NCBI RefSeq assembly: GCF_004010195.1
Contig: NC_057710.1
Coordinates: 58,734,870-58,798,869, forward strand
Direction: 5' to 3'
DNA from: Chiloscyllium plagiosum
Lineage: Eukaryota
Length of the DNA: 64,000 nucleotides
In this document: positions 1 to 13,018 of the stretch, piece after piece
How the letters are laid out: each line of letters opens with the position of its first letter
How positions within the stretch are numbered: position 1 is the first letter of the stretch
Translations under genes and position numbers: made by a program
The notes under the pieces: model-generated
Told to the model about the DNA's origin: nothing
Database searches by the model: none
Seen by the model: only the letters and a program-made list of their open reading frames with translations

Positions 1-257
1 CCTTCCTAACCTGCAATCTTCTTCCTGACCTCTCCGCCCCCACCCCCACTCCGGCCAATCACCCTCACCTTGACCTCCTTCCACCTATCACATTCCCAAC
101 ACCCCTCCCCCAAGTCCCTCCTCCCTACCTTTTATCTTAGCCTGCTGGACACACTTTCCTCATTCCTGAAGAAGGGCTCATGCCCGAAACGTCGATTCTC
201 CTGTTCCTTGGATGCTGCCTGACCTGCTGTGATTTTCCAGCAACACATTTTCAGCTA
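1..257 (+). mobile_element. Penelope-like element 3' end / pseudo-LTR, cut by the window start, with a hammerhead motif
   Basis: Pyrimidine-rich tail, then CTGAAGA-AGGGC-TCAT-GCCC-GAAACGTC at 166-193. The downstream tail is shared with the copies at 15.8k, 24.1k and 49.5k. Confidence 0.8.
161..198 (+). ncRNA. Minimal type I hammerhead ribozyme motif (PLE-associated)
   Basis: Core CTGAAGA (166-172), stem II GGGC/GCCC, GAAA, palindromic ACGT stem III, GTC cleavage triplet (191-193). Confidence 0.75.
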
Positions 258-392
258 AGTTTATTAATAGGAAAGGTTTGGAGAGATATGGATCAAGCGC
301 AGGCAAATGGGGCAAGTTTAGTTTGGGAACATGGTTGGCGTGGATCGATTGGACCGAAGAGTCTGTTTCCGTGCTGTATGATTCCATGACTT
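258..392 (+). mobile_element. CR1/HER1 LINE 3' terminus
   Basis: Matches the 3' ends at 27.7k and 41.8k (ggtttggag.gatatgg...ctgtttccgtgctgta) and ends in a short tandem tail. Confidence 0.75.
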
Positions 393-1504
393 CAATTTTT
401 AACAAAAATTATTTATGCGATTAAAAGGTTACACACTATACCATCCACAGACAAAAGAACAAAGTTGTAATTATACATCTCCTGCAGCACAATTATCATT
501 AGATAACAACAAATAAAGAAAGCTATTCGGCCCATCTTTGCACATCCATATGTTGAAATGCCTGCATCTGTATTGTTTCAAATAGGAGATTTAGGCTTTT
601 GTTTATTAACTTGAACTCCTGGAAAGTGAGAAGCCCAAACAAGAGTTCATATTTAAGATCAGATTCCTTGACTTCAATAATTAGGTGGCAACTCCATTAT
701 TGCTATTTCAAGGCCAGAGTGGTAGATAGGAAACTAGATTGATCTTGGCCTCTTTTATTCGAGCACTTCCTGTGTTCCTATACACTATAATTAGTCTGCC
801 CTTGAAAAACATTTTACAGGATTCCTACAAGTTGTTGTGGAGCAGTGAAAGTGACAGTGGTATGGTTTCATGAAAGGGATAAACGCATAACCATGATCAG
901 CTCCTGGAATTTCTGCATTGGTGGTCCCAATTTCTTTCCATTACTTAAACTCAATCCTTCTGCCAAATTCAGACAAGGCAGCCTAAGAGCAGCTTAAGAG
1001 TAACCCTGCTGGAGGCACCTCTTATATCTGATGCTGAAATTCAGTGCAGATTCCTGGTGCTGACTTCAAAATTGGAACTCACTTCAACATTAAATACAAT
1101 GAAAGAAGATTTAAAACCAGTAGCAGGATTTGGATTGGAGTCAAGTGAAATTGTTGCTCTTTAATTAAAGCAAACAGGAAGACATCCAAACAAATGGTAC
1201 ACACCATTTTCACAGGGGTTCTGCTATCCCATAAGAAGTTTTGGCAGGAGATATGGACAACATATTTAAAAATTCAAGGCAAAGATATTTCATGTTACCT
1301 TTGTGTGAAAATCCAATCATTGAGAGCTACTCCTGAGATTAAGGGCAACATTATTTATAATGGATCAGATGCATAGTTATCTTACCTCCTCTAACAAGGT
1401 CTCTCTTCACCTAGGTACAACATATAAAGGATAACTGCACAGGGTAGCTCACACAAAAATGCTCAATTAACCATTTATTTAAAGGGGTGGATATAAAACT
1501 GAGT

Positions 1505-1640
1505 GAGGGGTTCCTATGGTGCAATGATATTGTCTCTACCTCTGGGTCAGGACGCCCGGGTTCAAGTCCCACCAGATCCAGAGATGTGTAGTAGCAGCTG
1601 ATTAGTAAATATCTATAAAATTGAGTGGAGTCAATAATAG
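1505..1640 (+). mobile_element. tRNA-derived SINE fragment
   Basis: A-box-like TGGTGCAATGA and B-box GGGTTCAAGTCC. A related copy lies at ~20797-20885. Confidence 0.55.
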
Positions 1641-2449
1641 CATTGACCCTCCCGCCTGATTTTCCACCAAGATTACCTTCACTCACAAATTCAGTAAGGA
1701 GAATGGGTGGAATTTAATGTCTCCGAACCTGGAGATAAGTTTCGAGGTAGGGTAGCCATTTGATCAGGAAGAAAGGATGGAGCACAACCTTCTGCCAGAG
1801 GTCAAAAGAAACCCTTAAGTAGCGACTTAATGGCCATTTATGTGCCTCATAGCACTGACACTTGTGTTCAACTTGCAGTGGTAGGGGATTTCCCAGGGTG
1901 GAGAGACTCAGTGAACCCTGCTGCGTTTGTCCACAGTTCAGTTGGGCAGATCCTTTTAGGGCACACAGTGCCTGTAAATCAAGAGACAATGCATTGAGAA
2001 TGGGGGCTGGGGGTCATTACCAAAAGCCAGCCTCCTTTTGCCCTTGCAGTTAACCTTTTTCCTGTCCATGGTGGCTCCTCTCAACCATGCCCTCCCCACA
2101 ATCCCAACCTGCCCAGGTTGACCTCTAAATGAGAATCCACTGGTAACTCACAAGTTAGGCCTGTGTGTCATACCAGTAGTGGCCAGAGCTCTCGGTGGCG
2201 TTGTTCATACTAGAGCTGTTTAAAATGTTGTCTTTTATGAAATGTGGGCTTTAAGTCAGCATTTTTGAACCTATCTCTAATTGACATAAAGAAGATCTTT
2301 TGAACTGCCTTGATGAAACACTGCAGTCCAGTAGCGTAGGTGCACACACAATGCTGTGAGGAAGTGTTGTATGTGCTGCCACTAACACCTTCTAATTTAC
2401 ATTCCTCAAAGGTCCATATTGTTTGGTTTGAATAAAGATTATTCTGGGC

Positions 2450-4250
2450 AAATTAGAGGAATTTCTTGTAGTAAACAAAATATAGGTGATTTCATCTCTG
2501 CAACAATTTATGCATTAAAGGGATTTGGTATAGATAATTACAGTATAGATGATTAGACTGGTGGGAGGGCATGGCTTTTGATCTCTCTCCTTCAAGATTC
2601 TTAGTTACTCTCCAGTTCTCATCACAGTGAGTGGTACTTATGATACTTAATCTGTATAAACCCTTTCAGGCTTATACACAACATCTCCCTCCAAACTTCA
2701 TTTTTTCTTATTATATTTGGCTATACATTGACTGATGTAATTACATTTACTACCATTCCATCTATCCCCAAGTCGTTAACTTATAAATTCAGGCAATCTG
2801 GAGATTTTATTATTCTCCATAAACATGTTCTTTTGATCTTAGTAGCACGGTTGTTAGGTAAAAGATAGTTTCCTGGGACTATCTTGCAATTGAACTGTAG
2901 TTTTCTCTGAATTGGTGAACTGAACTTCAGTCTCCTACATTTCTTTCATAGATGGCATCATCGCTGCTACTAATGGCAATCTTTTCTTCATCTTTTTGTT
3001 CATCTCTTCTCAGTGGTGGTTTCTCTCTAGATGTATGCAACACATCTTCAACTGGTGTCAGTGAGTTTTTCTTCTCAAATTGCCTGCAGATCTGTGCTTG
3101 TGAAGAGAAAGCTATTATTTCAATTTTAATTAGTTTGGACTTTGTTGTTTGCCATCAGTAATTGAACTATTGATGAAATCAACATATTCACTTCTTCAAT
3201 TGTGTTAATTGAAGATTCTGTCTTGCTTATTCATAATGGTGGATGAGGATTCTTCTTTGAAAGGTGAAAGGACGTCAGATATTCAACTTGAGCTTGACCT
3301 TCCTTAGTCATCTCAACATCTAACATATGTGTCTAGTATCATAACCAGTTGATCACTGTGCTGTGTTGCAATCTGATTCAATTCATTTGAACATTTGTCA
3401 ATTTTTTTCAAGGAGAGTATATTGTTCTTTGGCTGTGTCTTTGACTGGTTGTTTCTTGACCTTTTGTAGTTTAAGCTTTTCTGCCTTTTGAGTGAGTGAG
3501 ATGGATGTTAATTCTACTCAGGATCGAGAATCCTTGCTTGGGAAGTATGTATAGGCTTTCTGGTATTTCCTGTCCATAATACTGGAGAGTTGCTTATCAC
3601 ATTTCTTTATTAATGAGTGCAATGCCACCTGGTTTATGCAGTCACACATCTGTTAGCTGTAAATAGTGTTTTCTCAACCAAGGCTTGCTAATATGATAAT
3701 GTGACACTTGCTTTGGTGTAACTTGAAATCTGTGAGATCCCTGCTGATTTAAGTAACAACTTAATAAAATGCAAGGTCTGGGTCACCTATTTCCCATCAA
3801 AAATCTTTGGGTTTATACTTTGCTGGGGGCTGCTGTATTTCATGCATCTATTTGTGTAGGTAGCTATTTGGATCTTTGTTTTTCTGTAGTCACCTTGGAA
3901 CTGCAGATTTCTTCTGTTCCAGCATTTCTTACCGCGGCTGAAATATATTCTGTTGTTGTTTGAACTATGCTTCAACGTTACCACAAGGTATTCTCCTCCA
4001 GCGTTCATCAGATCTCTACTAACGATCTTCTCAGCAATACTTACACTGCTGTATCAGTAGGGAGATCAATCTTCAAATCCCATTTTGATTTCCTTTTTAG
4101 ATTACCATGTTTTATGCTGAAGCTAAAACAAATCTTCAGATCTACTGCTGCCACTTTATTTTCTATGCTGCCTCCAATCCAATCCTCATGTGTCTGTGGA
4201 GTCTCCTAAGGATGAGTATAGCTACCAATTGATCTAATTAGAAGACTCTC
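2450..4250 (-). mobile_element. Highly decayed non-LTR retrotransposon (APE endonuclease region and adjacent ORF)
   Basis: Minus-strand translations resemble APE motifs: 'QQSINPKI' (NxxSIxNK-like), 'KPWL' (ETWL-like) and 'PGGIALINKE' (GGVAL-like), with many stops. Confidence 0.4.
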
Positions 4251-4260
4251 TTGTAGTAAA

Positions 4261-4572
4261 CGACATGGTGGCTCAGTGGTTAGCACTGCAGCCTCACAGC
4301 GCCAAGGAACTGGGTTCAATTCCAGCCTCGGGCGACTGCTGTGTGGAGTTTGTACATTCTCCCTGTGTCTGCGGGGGTTTCCTCCAGGTGCTCTGGTTTC
4401 CTCCCACAGTCCAAAGATGTGCAGGTCAGGTGGATTGATTGTACTAAATTGCCCATAGTGTTAGGTGCATTAGTCAGAGGGAAATGGGTCTGGGTGGGTT
4501 ACTCTTCGGAGGGTCATTGTGGACTTGTTGGGCCAAATGGCTTGTTTCCACACTGTAGGTAATCTAATCTAA
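4261..4572 (+). mobile_element. HE1-type V-SINE
   Basis: A box TGGCTCAGTGG, B box GGGTTCAATTCC, central V domain (tgtggagtttg...tcctcccacagtccaaagatgtgcagg), HER1-like 3' end and (aatct)n tail. Confidence 0.9.
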
Positions 4573-4722
4573 ACAAAATATAGGTCATTGCATTTCTGTA
4601 ACAATGTAGATATTACACAGATATGGTACATGTTATTAGAGACTGTTAGATCTAAGGTAACACTCATTCAAGATCCTGAGTTACTTTCTCCACTAGTCTT
4701 CATGACATTATCACAGTGGGTG

Positions 4723-5773
4723 ATGGACGTAGGTTTGCTCGCTGAGCTGGAAGGCTTGTTTTCAGACATTTCATCACCATACTAGGTAACATCATCAGTG
4801 AGCCTCTAATGAAGTACTGGTGGTATGGCCCGCATTTTATTTGTGTTTAGATTTCCTTGGTTTGGTGATGTTATTTCCTGTGATGTCAGTTCCTGTTTGT
4901 TGTCTCCAGGGCTAGTTAATGGGATCCAAGTCAATGTATTTGTTGATAGAGCTCTGGTTTGGAATGCAATGCTTCTAGGAATTCTCGTGCATGTCTCTAT
5001 TTGGTTTGTCCTAGAATGAACATGTTGTCCCAGTTGAAGTGGTGTCATTGCTCATCTGTATGTAAAGATACTACTGAGAGTAGGTCATGTCTTTTTGTGG
5101 CTAGTTGATATTCATGTATCTGGTGGCTAGTTTTCTGCCTGTTAGTCCAATGTAGTGTTTGTTACAGTTCTTGCAAGGTATTTTGTAAATGACATTCGTT
5201 TTGCTTATTGTCTGTGTAGGGTCTTTCAAGTTCATTAGCTGCTGTTTTAGTGTGTTGGTGGGTTTGTGGGATAATAAGAGGTCTGAGTCGTCTGGCAGTC
5301 ATTTCCAAGATGTCTTTGGTGTAGGGGAGAGTGACGAAGGTTTCTGACAGGAAAAGGCAGAAAACTAGCCACCAGGATACATGAACATCAACTAGCCACA
5401 AAAACACATAAGGAAGGACACCACTTTGACTGGGACAACACATCCATCCTTGGACAAGCCAAACAGAGACATGCACAAGAATTCCTCGAAGCATGGCATT
5501 CCAACCGGAACTCTATCAACAAATACATTAACTTGGATCCCATTTACCACCCTCTGAGAAAAAGAACAGGAAATGGCATCACCTCTGGAAATAACATCAC
5601 CAACCCAAGGAAACCTAAACACATAAATAAAAAGCTACCAGTGTTTCACTGGAGGCTCACTGATGATGTTACCTAGTACGGTGAGGGACATCTGAAAACT
5701 AACCTTCCAGCTTAGCGAGCAAACCTACCTCCAGAACCTCAATTTGAGCTGTAAATCTTCTCAAAACTCGCTA
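4723..5773. mobile_element. Penelope-like element with inverted pseudo-LTRs and a GIY-YIG remnant
   Basis: 4725-5345 is a minus-strand copy and 5345-5773 an inverted plus-strand copy of the same 3' region. TSD acagtgggtg at 4713-4722 and 5774-5783. Hammerhead motifs at 4798-4765 (-) and 5660-5692 (+, decayed). Confidence 0.85.
4761..4802 (-). ncRNA. Hammerhead ribozyme motif, sense to the host pre-mRNA
   Basis: Minus strand reads ctca-CTGATGA-T-GTTACC-TAGTAT-GGTGAT-GAAA-TGTC-tga: 3-bp stem I and 6-bp stem II with G-U pairs. Confidence 0.7.
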
Positions 5774-6062
5774 ACAGTGGGTGGTGCTTATGGCACTATC
5801 TGTATTAACTCTTTCAGATCCAAATGCCTGAAAGCAATACTAGGATTTTGACCCAGTGATGGGAAGGACCAGCAAAATATTTCCAAATCAGGTTAGTGTC
5901 TTGGAGGGAAACATGCCAGGGGTGTTGTTCCCATTTGTCTCCTGCACTTAACGTTTTGATTAGCCATCCTACTGGGGCACTGTTTGCACGGGAGGCCTGA
6001 CAGTGTCCAGTTAACTAATTATGCAGGTCCTCCAAGAAATAAGCAACATGGGGTTTTCCAAA

Positions 6063-6225
6063 AAGTCATAGAGTCATAGACTCCTATAGCATGGAAATAG
6101 GCCCTTTGGTCCAAACTTGTCCATGCTGACCAAAATGTCCATCCATGCTAACCCCATTTCCCTACACTTGGCCCATACTCTCTTAAACCCTTCCCATCCA
6201 TGTGTTTGTCCAAATGCCTTTTCAG
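6063..6225 (-). mobile_element. CR1/HER1 LINE 3' terminus
   Basis: (gtcataga)n tail followed by the reverse complement of the HER1 3' UTR. Confidence 0.75.
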
Positions 6226-6336
6226 GGATAAAGTTAAATTCTGCTCAACATCTGCTACACTTAGAATCATGCTTTTGGTCAGGGAGAAAAGGCAGAAAAC
6301 TAAAACAAAAACTTCCAAGTGAAAAGGAGCACCTAC

Positions 6337-6469
6337 CCTGCTTGCAACAATCAGCTGTACAAGTCCTGCTGCTGATCGAAGTAGTGCAACTGCCTCTTGG
6401 TGAGAGAGTCCAACCAGTGACTGTCCATTAATCATTAGCAGTTCATCACCAGATTTCAGTCTCCCATCC
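6337..6469 (-). CDS. PDZD2: PDZD2-family coding exon (C-terminal half of the second PDZ domain)
   Basis: tctaccag|G GAT...AGC AGG|gtaggt; 133 nt. Encodes DGRLKSGDELLMINGQSLVGLSHQEAVALLRSAAGLVQLIVASR, closely matching remembered human PDZD2 DGRLSLGDELLVINGHLLVGLSHEEAVAILRSATGMVQLVVASK. Phase fits the upstream exon. Confidence 0.93.
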
Positions 6470-7095
6470 CTGGTAGAAGAACAGGGTCAAACCATCAAAC
6501 AAGTAATCAGGCTGGACAGTGATTTTTAACGAGTAGACATCATGCATAACATGCTGACATTACAAAATTACATTACTTCAGTGTACTTTGGATATACTGG
6601 CGTGTGAATATTGGTTTGACAATGAGCATTGTGCTGAATACACAATCCAGATTCACCAAAATCTGGATGGTTTAGATTCATTCTCTAAACCTTAAAAATC
6701 CAAATGTATCAGCTCTACCTTTTATAACCTTTTGCTTTAAATGGAATAGTGTGAATAATACCGAAATTACAGCATCACACTTACCACTCCACATGTACCT
6801 CACAAAAATATTGTCTGGTGACTGGATGCATCTGTTGTGCAAACAAAGTGTTAGAGATGATTTCATTTAGCACATTTTTTTAAAAATTGGAGAGTTGATC
6901 TGGCCTGGTAACTGAATGGGGAGAGGAGATGCAGGCTCAGGTTGGGTAATTAATTCCTCAATCTCTGGGGAGTAAGCTTGTTGGATGGAGTTGGTTCCAT
7001 CAAGCGTGTTGGCTCTTAGGTCAGACATGCATCTTTCCCTTCTTTGGTACTCTAATAACGGCATGCAAAATTTCAATTGAGTGTGAAGGGCATAT

Positions 7096-7739
7096 TGTGG
7101 TGACACTATGACTTTAAGTGATGCATTTTGTCCTTTTTTTAACGAAGAGAGGTTGAGACAGGTATTGAGCAGTCTGTTCCAAGCCAATAAAGTAAACAGC
7201 TTGTGAGGCTTTGGGTGTTTTTTTAAGTTGGAACAATAGGAGGAGCATGAAGGCATGGGGTCAAGCTCCCACACAAACAGCATTTTAGTTTAACTTTCTG
7301 TAGTTGTTGATGTTTGGAAGCTGCTATTCATCTCTCCCTGCTACAGCAAAACACTTGAGTTCTGAGTTTTCTCTTAATGTCCTTTCCTCCTGCACTGGAG
7401 AAGTGCATTTGAGACAATCTATTTTACTGAATTTGCCTTTGCCAAGGGTGTGTTTATGAGATGTTACTATATTGGAACAGTGCTGTTTCATAGTTAAATA
7501 ATTTATTATTCTGTTAAGTTTTCCAGTAGAGTTAAGTTATTTCAATCCGTCTTTCTTTTGTTTGTATTATAACTTTAATGTAAGAATAAAGTGAGTCTTA
7601 AGCTTCAAGCCTGGTAGTTTGACCAAATGAATTGCATCCAAAACACAATGCTTTATAGTTGCCTTGAAAAGTAAGAAAACGTTGGGGTCTAGGCTATCTT
7701 CTTAATATATTTTGAGGGGTTTTGGTCTGATCCATAACA
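7096..7739 (+). mobile_element. Solo LTR (Gypsy/Ty3-like)
   Basis: Begins TGTGGTG and ends CATAACA. 4-bp TSD ATAT at 7092-7095 and 7740-7743. AATAAA at 7585-7590. Confidence 0.75.
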
Positions 7740-8715
7740 ATATAATGTTTCATAGTTTCTACCCTTTGTTTTGGTAGGATTTTCCAGCTGACAGAAGGAA
7801 TTCTAGTAAATGACATGGACTTCTAATTCCTTAGTTGCAATATTTTTATTTTGAACAGGTGGTGCATAAAAACGTGACACGGATAGTTGGAAGATGATTG
7901 CAGAGAATCAGAAAGACAGAAAAAGAGACTGTTATGTAGAGATGAAATTTAAGAGGAGTGATTGCTGACTATAGTCCAATTATGAGGAGGGAAACAGATT
8001 ATATTGGAGGGGGTAGAGACCAGGAAGTTGACTGGAGTCAGGGGAAACAGTCCTGTTTTTCCTGGCTGACAAGCAGTGTTGAGAATAAACACTATTCCAT
8101 TCAGCAGCCCTCACTAAGCTTCTTGGGGCCCTAGAAACCTTTGCTTACGCTTTAAAGATGAACGTAACATCGTAATTGAGACCAACACAACACTCAAACC
8201 TGTGCTCCAGATCTGGAAACTTCCACACAGCCATAATTAAAACCTCAATTAATAGATTTCAGGTGTGTTGGGTTTAAAAAAAATTAACATTCCATCCTCT
8301 CCAACCCGATTCAGATGCTCAATGGATTCACCACCGTTGAAAGGCATATTAGTGAGGGTTTACCTTTCCAGCCTGACCAGAATTAGTACTGCAGCTGTTC
8401 CTTTCCAGTGTGTTGCATACACATGGAAGGAGGAGACACAGAGCTCACACTTCAAATGAATCATCCTCCTCTCTACCCATGTTGCCACCATTTAATGGTG
8501 CCACTTTATAAAAGGTGGTGATAAGGTCCAGAAAGCCGGCAGGGGTCAAGACTTGGAGTTTCTACAATGGAGGAGTAGGAATCTGAAGCAGCCTCTTCTT
8601 CCATTCAACACCAGACACTTAGCTGCTGAATAATTCATTCTCAGATGAATCCTTCAGTGGATGCCTTCTACTAGACATTTCTGTTCTCATCACCTCTTCT
8701 GCTACCGCATCACAG

Positions 8716-9028
8716 GGGCGGCACAGTGGCTCAGTGGTTAGCACTGCTGCCTCACAGCACCAGGGTCCCAGGTTCGATTCCAACTTCGGGCGATTGTCTG
8801 TGTGGAGTTTGCACATCCTCCCCGTGTCTGCATGGATTTCCTCCAGGTGCTCCGATTTCCTCCCACAATCCAAAGATGTGCAGGTCAGGTGGGTTGGCCA
8901 TGCTAAATTGCCCGTTTTGTTAAGTGCATTAATCAGAGGGAAATGGGTGTGGATGGGATATTCTTCAGAGGATCGGTGTGGACGTGTTGAGGCAAAGGGC
9001 CTGTTTCCACACTGCAGGCAATCTAATC
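8716..9028 (+). mobile_element. HE1-type V-SINE
   Basis: ggggcggcacagtggctcagtgg head, B box GGTTCGATTCC, V domain, 3' ctgtttccacactg and aatct tail. Confidence 0.92.
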
Positions 9029-10459
9029 AGTGCATTTTCACATATAATGCTAGGCTTCCTTCTCATAGTGAGAATCCAACCACCAATCCCTACATTTGCA
9101 ATGAATCAAGTCACAGAAAACTGATTGAGACCAGGATGTAAATGAAGGTCTGGACAAATGCACCAGCATGACAAGGAGACCATTCCCACATTAAGTCTGC
9201 AAATCTGACAGGTTTGTATATTCACATAATATTTATCCTTAAGTTAAATAGTTCCAAACTATATATCTTTATAGAGTTCCTCCACTTGACAAGACTGGGT
9301 ATATAGTTGCACTTTCATTGCATTCACTCACTTTCTGTAAGTGCTCAGTGAGATACAAGGGACTGATAAAGAAACTAATCACTTTTTGCTTGAGAAACTA
9401 ATATTTAAGTCAAGGACTTTGCCGATGGTCAAACATTATCAGAATGTCAGAATGTGGAGTTATGGCCATGAATGGCAAAGTAGGTTTGAGAGACCAAATG
9501 GCCTACCCCTGATCCTATTTCTGAAGTACGTATGTCTGAATTGTATTTCTTATGTACATCCAATTAATCAGTCTTATGAAATATAACGATGCCAATCGAC
9601 ACAAATGAATGCTCACATAGGCGGCTATGCTCACACCCCATGAATGAATTTAAAAATAAGCTAATCAGAAAATTCAGATACATTGTACTTACGGCTACTG
9701 AAAAAAATTAGATCACAATTTTTTTTTAACAGTTTCTAATTAATTAAACATCTGCAATCTAACATTTTTCAGAATGAAAATTGTATCAGACTAATAAAGA
9801 TAATTTGATTCAATTGCCATGTGTTCTATTGTCAGCCTTATCATTGACAGAATAGCACTCAGTACTGTCCCTACCATTATCCAGGTTACCAGGTTACATT
9901 ACCAATTCAGTTGGATATAAACTAGAATTTATGACTTTGTGTCAAACCAGAAGCAACTAATAGTCATAAGATAGCAGAGGTGCCAAATGCATCAAGAAGA
10001 GACATTAAGACAACGGAATATTAATATGAACTGAAATGGTGTGATGCACAGTGTTAGAACCACATTTTGGCAACTGTACTAAAGATGCCAACATTTTGGA
10101 TCAAGCGTTATTTATTGTCTGGCTCCAACAACTATTTCCTCTGGATGTACTCCTGTTTCACCCCACTAATTGGATACTTGTGTTTCAAAAACCAGTTAGT
10201 CTCTTAAAGTCTTAGTTATGACTTTCATGTTGCTGTTTGTTTTATTGCCAAGAAAAGGACAAGCATTTCACAAAGGTCAGTGCAAGCTTATTAAATGATT
10301 TCCTGTTTGAACTGAAGGGCAGTGTAGCTTTCTGGGTCGCATTTCACAACTACAATCTAATCAAATAATCTACTGTTTACCTCTTGGAGCTCAGACAAGA
10401 AGCAAGACCACAGTGGGTTGCAAACCTGAAAGGGAAAAGGTACTGAACAATGTTATCAT

Positions 10460-10770
10460 CTAATTCAGGCTGACATTACAGTGCTAGTGCTATGGGAATT
10501 GCTGAACTATCAGAAGTGATGTCTTTTCGATGAGAACTTGAACTGGTAAACAAAAAGGGTCCAATAAAACAAATAGAAATCCCAGACATCATTTACCCTT
10601 CAGCTAACATCACTAAAACAGGTTATCGGCTTATTTACCTCATTTGCAGGATTTGCTAACCACAAATAAACTGGCACCTTTTTTCCCATAATAATGACAA
10701 CAACTTCAAAGGCTCCCTTTGCTTGCGAAAGGCTTTGTGATAGCCTGCAATGATGACAGGTGCTTTTTAA
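10460..10770 (+). mobile_element. Old Deu-domain SINE (SacSINE1-like) fragment
   Basis: Resembles the Deu core (cagtgctagtgctatgggaattgctg...gtcttttcgatgaga...catcactaaaacaggttatc). A similar copy lies at 41.9-42.25k. Confidence 0.5.
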
Positions 10771-12399
10771 ATATGAAAGTTTCTTCCTTTAAATCTAGCA
10801 CCATTAATTGGTGTACAAATGGGTGTAGACCTCTGGATCATAAATGTATCCACCGCATGCCCACACCCTCCCACCCCACCGACCACAATATGAGTTGAGA
10901 TGCCACAGAAGTCCCAGTGCAATGACTCAACAGGAACTAGAGGTTTCAACTTCTAATGGACAAATCTCCCAGCTCCCCAAGATTTTCTGAAACTGTCTCC
11001 GAGTAATTTGATTTACTTATCTGTATTGTTACTCAGGAAAATGTTGACGGACAAATCCTGATCCTATTCTTGGGCAACTATACAACTAACCTTCGACTGA
11101 CTCCCCCTCATGAACACTAAATTCCACCACAGGCCCACCCTGAAAACTCCCCATGACACTCCAGATTCTCACTGACCAACCCATCCCTAAATCTCAATAT
11201 GCCCATGTTCCCACCCACTCCCCCAGGAAGCAATAACCCTCAGCTGCTCTTGGCCTTGTGGTACCCCCAGCTACCCCTTATCAAACAGCCTGTCCAAACC
11301 TAGAACAGTGACACTGACATCCAACTACTTCCTGATCCAAGTTCACTGCCTGAGGACCCTCCTTCCCTGCTGATCTCTCGCCTTCCCCACCTAACTTGAC
11401 CTGATCTGAATCATCAGCTTGACCCCTGACCTCCAACAGTGAAGTAGGAAGCAGGTCCCACGCCTGCCTTTACTAGTAGAGGGACTGGTTTGGCATGTAA
11501 ATTAACCAGCTGCTAGTCCTCCACTTAGTTATAGACAGTAGGCTGGCTCAACAAGAGGGTCAACAGACCTGAAATTTCAGCAGTGTCACCAGGAGACACT
11601 GTTGCTGCTGAAGAATGTGCCTCAAGAGTTTGGATAGGTAAGTTTTCAAAAAAGCATAAGAAATTCAGGGGGCTACAGGTTGAACAGAAAACTCATATGG
11701 GAACTGTAATGGAGCAGGAGGGACTACCTTCTCAGCCTCAAATTCTAGTTTATACCCAACTGTGCAGCTTTTGTGGCTTGATAACCCTGAGTGAAGCTAC
11801 GGTCTGATAACAGAGATTATGGAAGGATTGCCTTCATCAGGTTTATATCATGACCATTCTGAAAGACACATGACTCTTTGTAAACATGTATCTATTGTAG
11901 CAAAGTGTATAAAGTTTGATCTATTTTATTTCCATAGTAATAAATGGATATAATACATCTGGACTTTTCAGAGTGCATTTCTGTCAACATTGATCTTGCA
12001 TTATCTTTATTTCAACATATTGATTAATTTGATTTACATAAAAATTACAATTCAGAGGGAGGTCATTCAGTCCTTCTCATTGGGAAGTTCAGTCTCTGCT
12101 TTGATGGTTCCTTGAGTTACAGGGAGGCTGCCTCTATTAGTGTGGCAATCTTTCAATCTGATCGTGTTCACTATGCTGTCAGCAGAATAGCAGTGACCTA
12201 GTAAAATGATCTCTACAAGGGCTTTTAATTATGTTCATTGTCCACCCACCTCCATCAGCCAGTTCCCCACGCGGCAATCAGTCCCCTCACTCCAGTAGCA
12301 GCGCATCAGGGAGTTATCCTGACACAATTCCCACTATTTTATCATCTCCCACTCCTCCCAGCTGGTAAAATTCTACCTAGGAAGGCGTTAAAATTATAT

Positions 12400-12710
12400 A
12401 AAATGGGAAGAACTGCAGATGCTGTAAATCAGAAACAAAAACAGAAATTGCTAGAAAAGCTCAGCAGGTCTGCCAGAATCTGTGGAGAGAAATCAGAGCT
12501 AACATTTTGGGTCCAGTGATCCTTCCTCAGAACTGGCAGGGTGGTGGCTTGATTGGTGGAGGTAAGAGGATGAAGAACATAATTACAGGCTTTGATCGAG
12601 ATCATTTTACCAGGCCACAGGTATTTTGCTGAGGAAGGGTCATTGGATCTGAAGCATTAACTCTGATTTCTCTGCACAGATGCTTTTCCAGCTATTTCTG
12701 TTTTTGTGTC
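12400..12710. mobile_element. PLE mini-insertion with inverted arms and two decayed hammerheads
   Basis: Left arm (minus; CTGAGGAAGGATCACTGGACCCAAAATGTT) and right arm (plus; CTGAGGAAGGGTCATTGGATCTGAAGCATT) are inverted around a ~95-bp spacer. Confidence 0.7.
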
Positions 12711-12875
12711 AAATTATTTAACCAAACTGGAGCTGTAATAAAATGCAAAACTAGCTTTAATATGAAGTTCTTGATTATTTCGTGCATGTTTCAGAACGGG
12801 TAACGACTAAGTAACACTGGGTCATTTTGTGAAGCATAGTGACATATTTGCCATTGTCCTGATACTAAAGCTTAC

Positions 12876-13018
12876 CTTTGTGCTGCTCCTCCTTCTTCAA
12901 CACATGTAACAATGATGCCATGAGGTGAACGTTTGGATCCCCGACCTCCTGTAATCTGAATACCAAGTCCATCTGAACCTTTCACCATATGCATCTTCCA
13001 TATTTGGCAACCTTCCCT
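12876..13018 (-). CDS. PDZD2: PDZD2-family coding exon (N-terminal half of the second PDZ domain, GLGI loop)
   Basis: ctctctccag|AGG GAA...CAA AG|gtaag; 143 nt. Encodes REGCQIWKMHMVKGSDGLGIQITGGRGSKRSPHGIIVTCVEEGGAAQR, matching remembered human IWKMELLKESDGLGIQVSGGRGSKRSPHAIVVTQVKEGGAAHR. Missed by the ORF track. Confidence 0.93.

Noticed and set aside
1386-1410. 25-nt candidate micro-exon on the minus strand (cctag|GTGAAG...GGAG|gtaaga)
   Set aside because: Splice sites look good, but the length is not a multiple of 3 and there is no similarity to the expected next PDZD2 exon. Unsupported without RNA data.
8716-8790. tRNA genes (also 4261, 40568, 55100)
   Set aside because: The A and B boxes are SINE heads that continue into the V domain and LINE-like tail.
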